A stretch of 48,943 bases of DNA. Origin: Myxococcales bacterium (GTDB lineage Bacteria; Myxococcota_A; Polyangia; Polyangiales; Houyiibacteriaceae). Positions within the stretch are counted from its first letter, which is position 1; each line of letters starts with the position of its first letter. The stretch is taken from positions 1-48,943 of the forward strand of contig JASFKY010000001.1 of assembly GCA_050118395.1 (NCBI GenBank), given 5' to 3'. A model generated the notes under the pieces. That model made no database searches and was not told where the DNA came from. It saw nothing but the letters and a program-made list of their open reading frames with translations. This document shows, in pieces, positions 48,455-48,943 of this stretch. Position numbers and translations under genes: made by a program.

Positions 48455-48943
48455 CTAGAGCTGGTCTATCCAGCTGCGTAGGGCGCTTAGGCTCAAGCCG
48501 AATTTGACGTGACCCTTGCCCAGCCCCAACTCGTCGATGATCTGCTCGGCTGAGCATCCTCCAGTTTCGGCGATGGTGAAGACGGGGTCGTGGTCGCCGC
48601 CGGAGACGAGAGTCTCGCCTCCGTACCAGGCGTAGTGGCGGTTCTTGAGGTCGGCCGGGTCGATGGAGTCGGCGACAGTGCCGGGGCACACGTCGAAGGC
48701 GTCGGAAACGCCGTCATCGTCCGAGTCGAGGCTCAGGGCGTAGAGGCCGTTTTGGCCGGAGCCGATATAGAGGGTGCCGTTGGCGAGGGCGGGGGAGGAT
48801 TCGACGTCTCCGCCGATATCGGTTCCCCACAGGATGGCTCCGGTTTGGGCGTCGTAGGCGTAGAGGTTGGCTTCGGATCCGAGGAGGTCGGTGCGGGGTG
48901 TCCCCAGGTAGACGGTGCCGTTGTCGACCACAGGGGTGGAGTG
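48455..48943 (-). CDS. PQQ-like beta-propeller repeat protein with TSP3-like Ca-binding motif; C-terminal part only, N-terminus outside the window
   Basis: The frame stays open to the window edge (...HSTPVVDNGTVYLG). Propeller-blade motifs are LYAYDAQTGAILW and SSPALANGTLYIGS, and DSDDDGVSDAFDVCP is thrombospondin-type-3-like. Confidence 0.6.
   Translation of the reverse strand, partial: HSTPVVDNGTVYLGTPRTDLLGSEANLYAYDAQTGAILWGTDIGGDVESSPALANGTLYIGSGQNGLYALSLDSDDDGVSDAFDVCPGTVADSIDPADLKNRHYAWYGGETLVSGGDHDPVFTIAETGGCSAEQIIDELGLGKGHVKFGLSLSALRSWIDQL

Overview
High-GC bacterial chromosomal segment, about two-thirds G+C by eye with strong GC3 codon bias. It is most likely from Myxococcota, inferred from a MYXO-CTERM-type sorting tag, AMIN/PEGA/TPR-rich envelope proteins and the gene content. 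I support about 40 protein genes and 2 tRNAs. Most are housekeeping: rlmN (partial), queG, obg, hisS, yceD-rpmF-fabG-acpP-fabF-rpiB, M18 aminopeptidase, HMG-CoA lyase, truA, asd, a TolC-family protein, a MutT-like NUDIX, a siroheme sulfite/nitrite reductase, tRNA-Gln and tRNA-Glu. Several envelope or unknown-function modules sit between them. The stand-out is one uninterrupted ~11.2 kb ORF (23970..35153, ~3,700 aa). It appears to be nothing but TPR-like helical repeats arranged in a ~72-74 codon super-repeat, with no signal peptide and no recognisable catalytic domain. Its stop lies 3 nt from a class IV aminotransferase gene. Other modules worth a second look: a translationally coupled MYXO-CTERM protein plus outer-membrane beta-barrel pair; a receiver-TM-PEGA protein with a degenerate receiver; a Thr-nucleophile sulfatase-like lipoprotein paired with a PHP/DUF3604-like metallohydrolase; a MoxR-VWA-AMIN cluster; a secreted protein with a ~260 aa polycationic tail; and a transposase remnant with a likely island boundary right after the tRNA pair. 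No CRISPR array, rRNA, intact mobile element or recognisable defence system was seen. All functional calls rest on motif recognition by eye, not on database searches.
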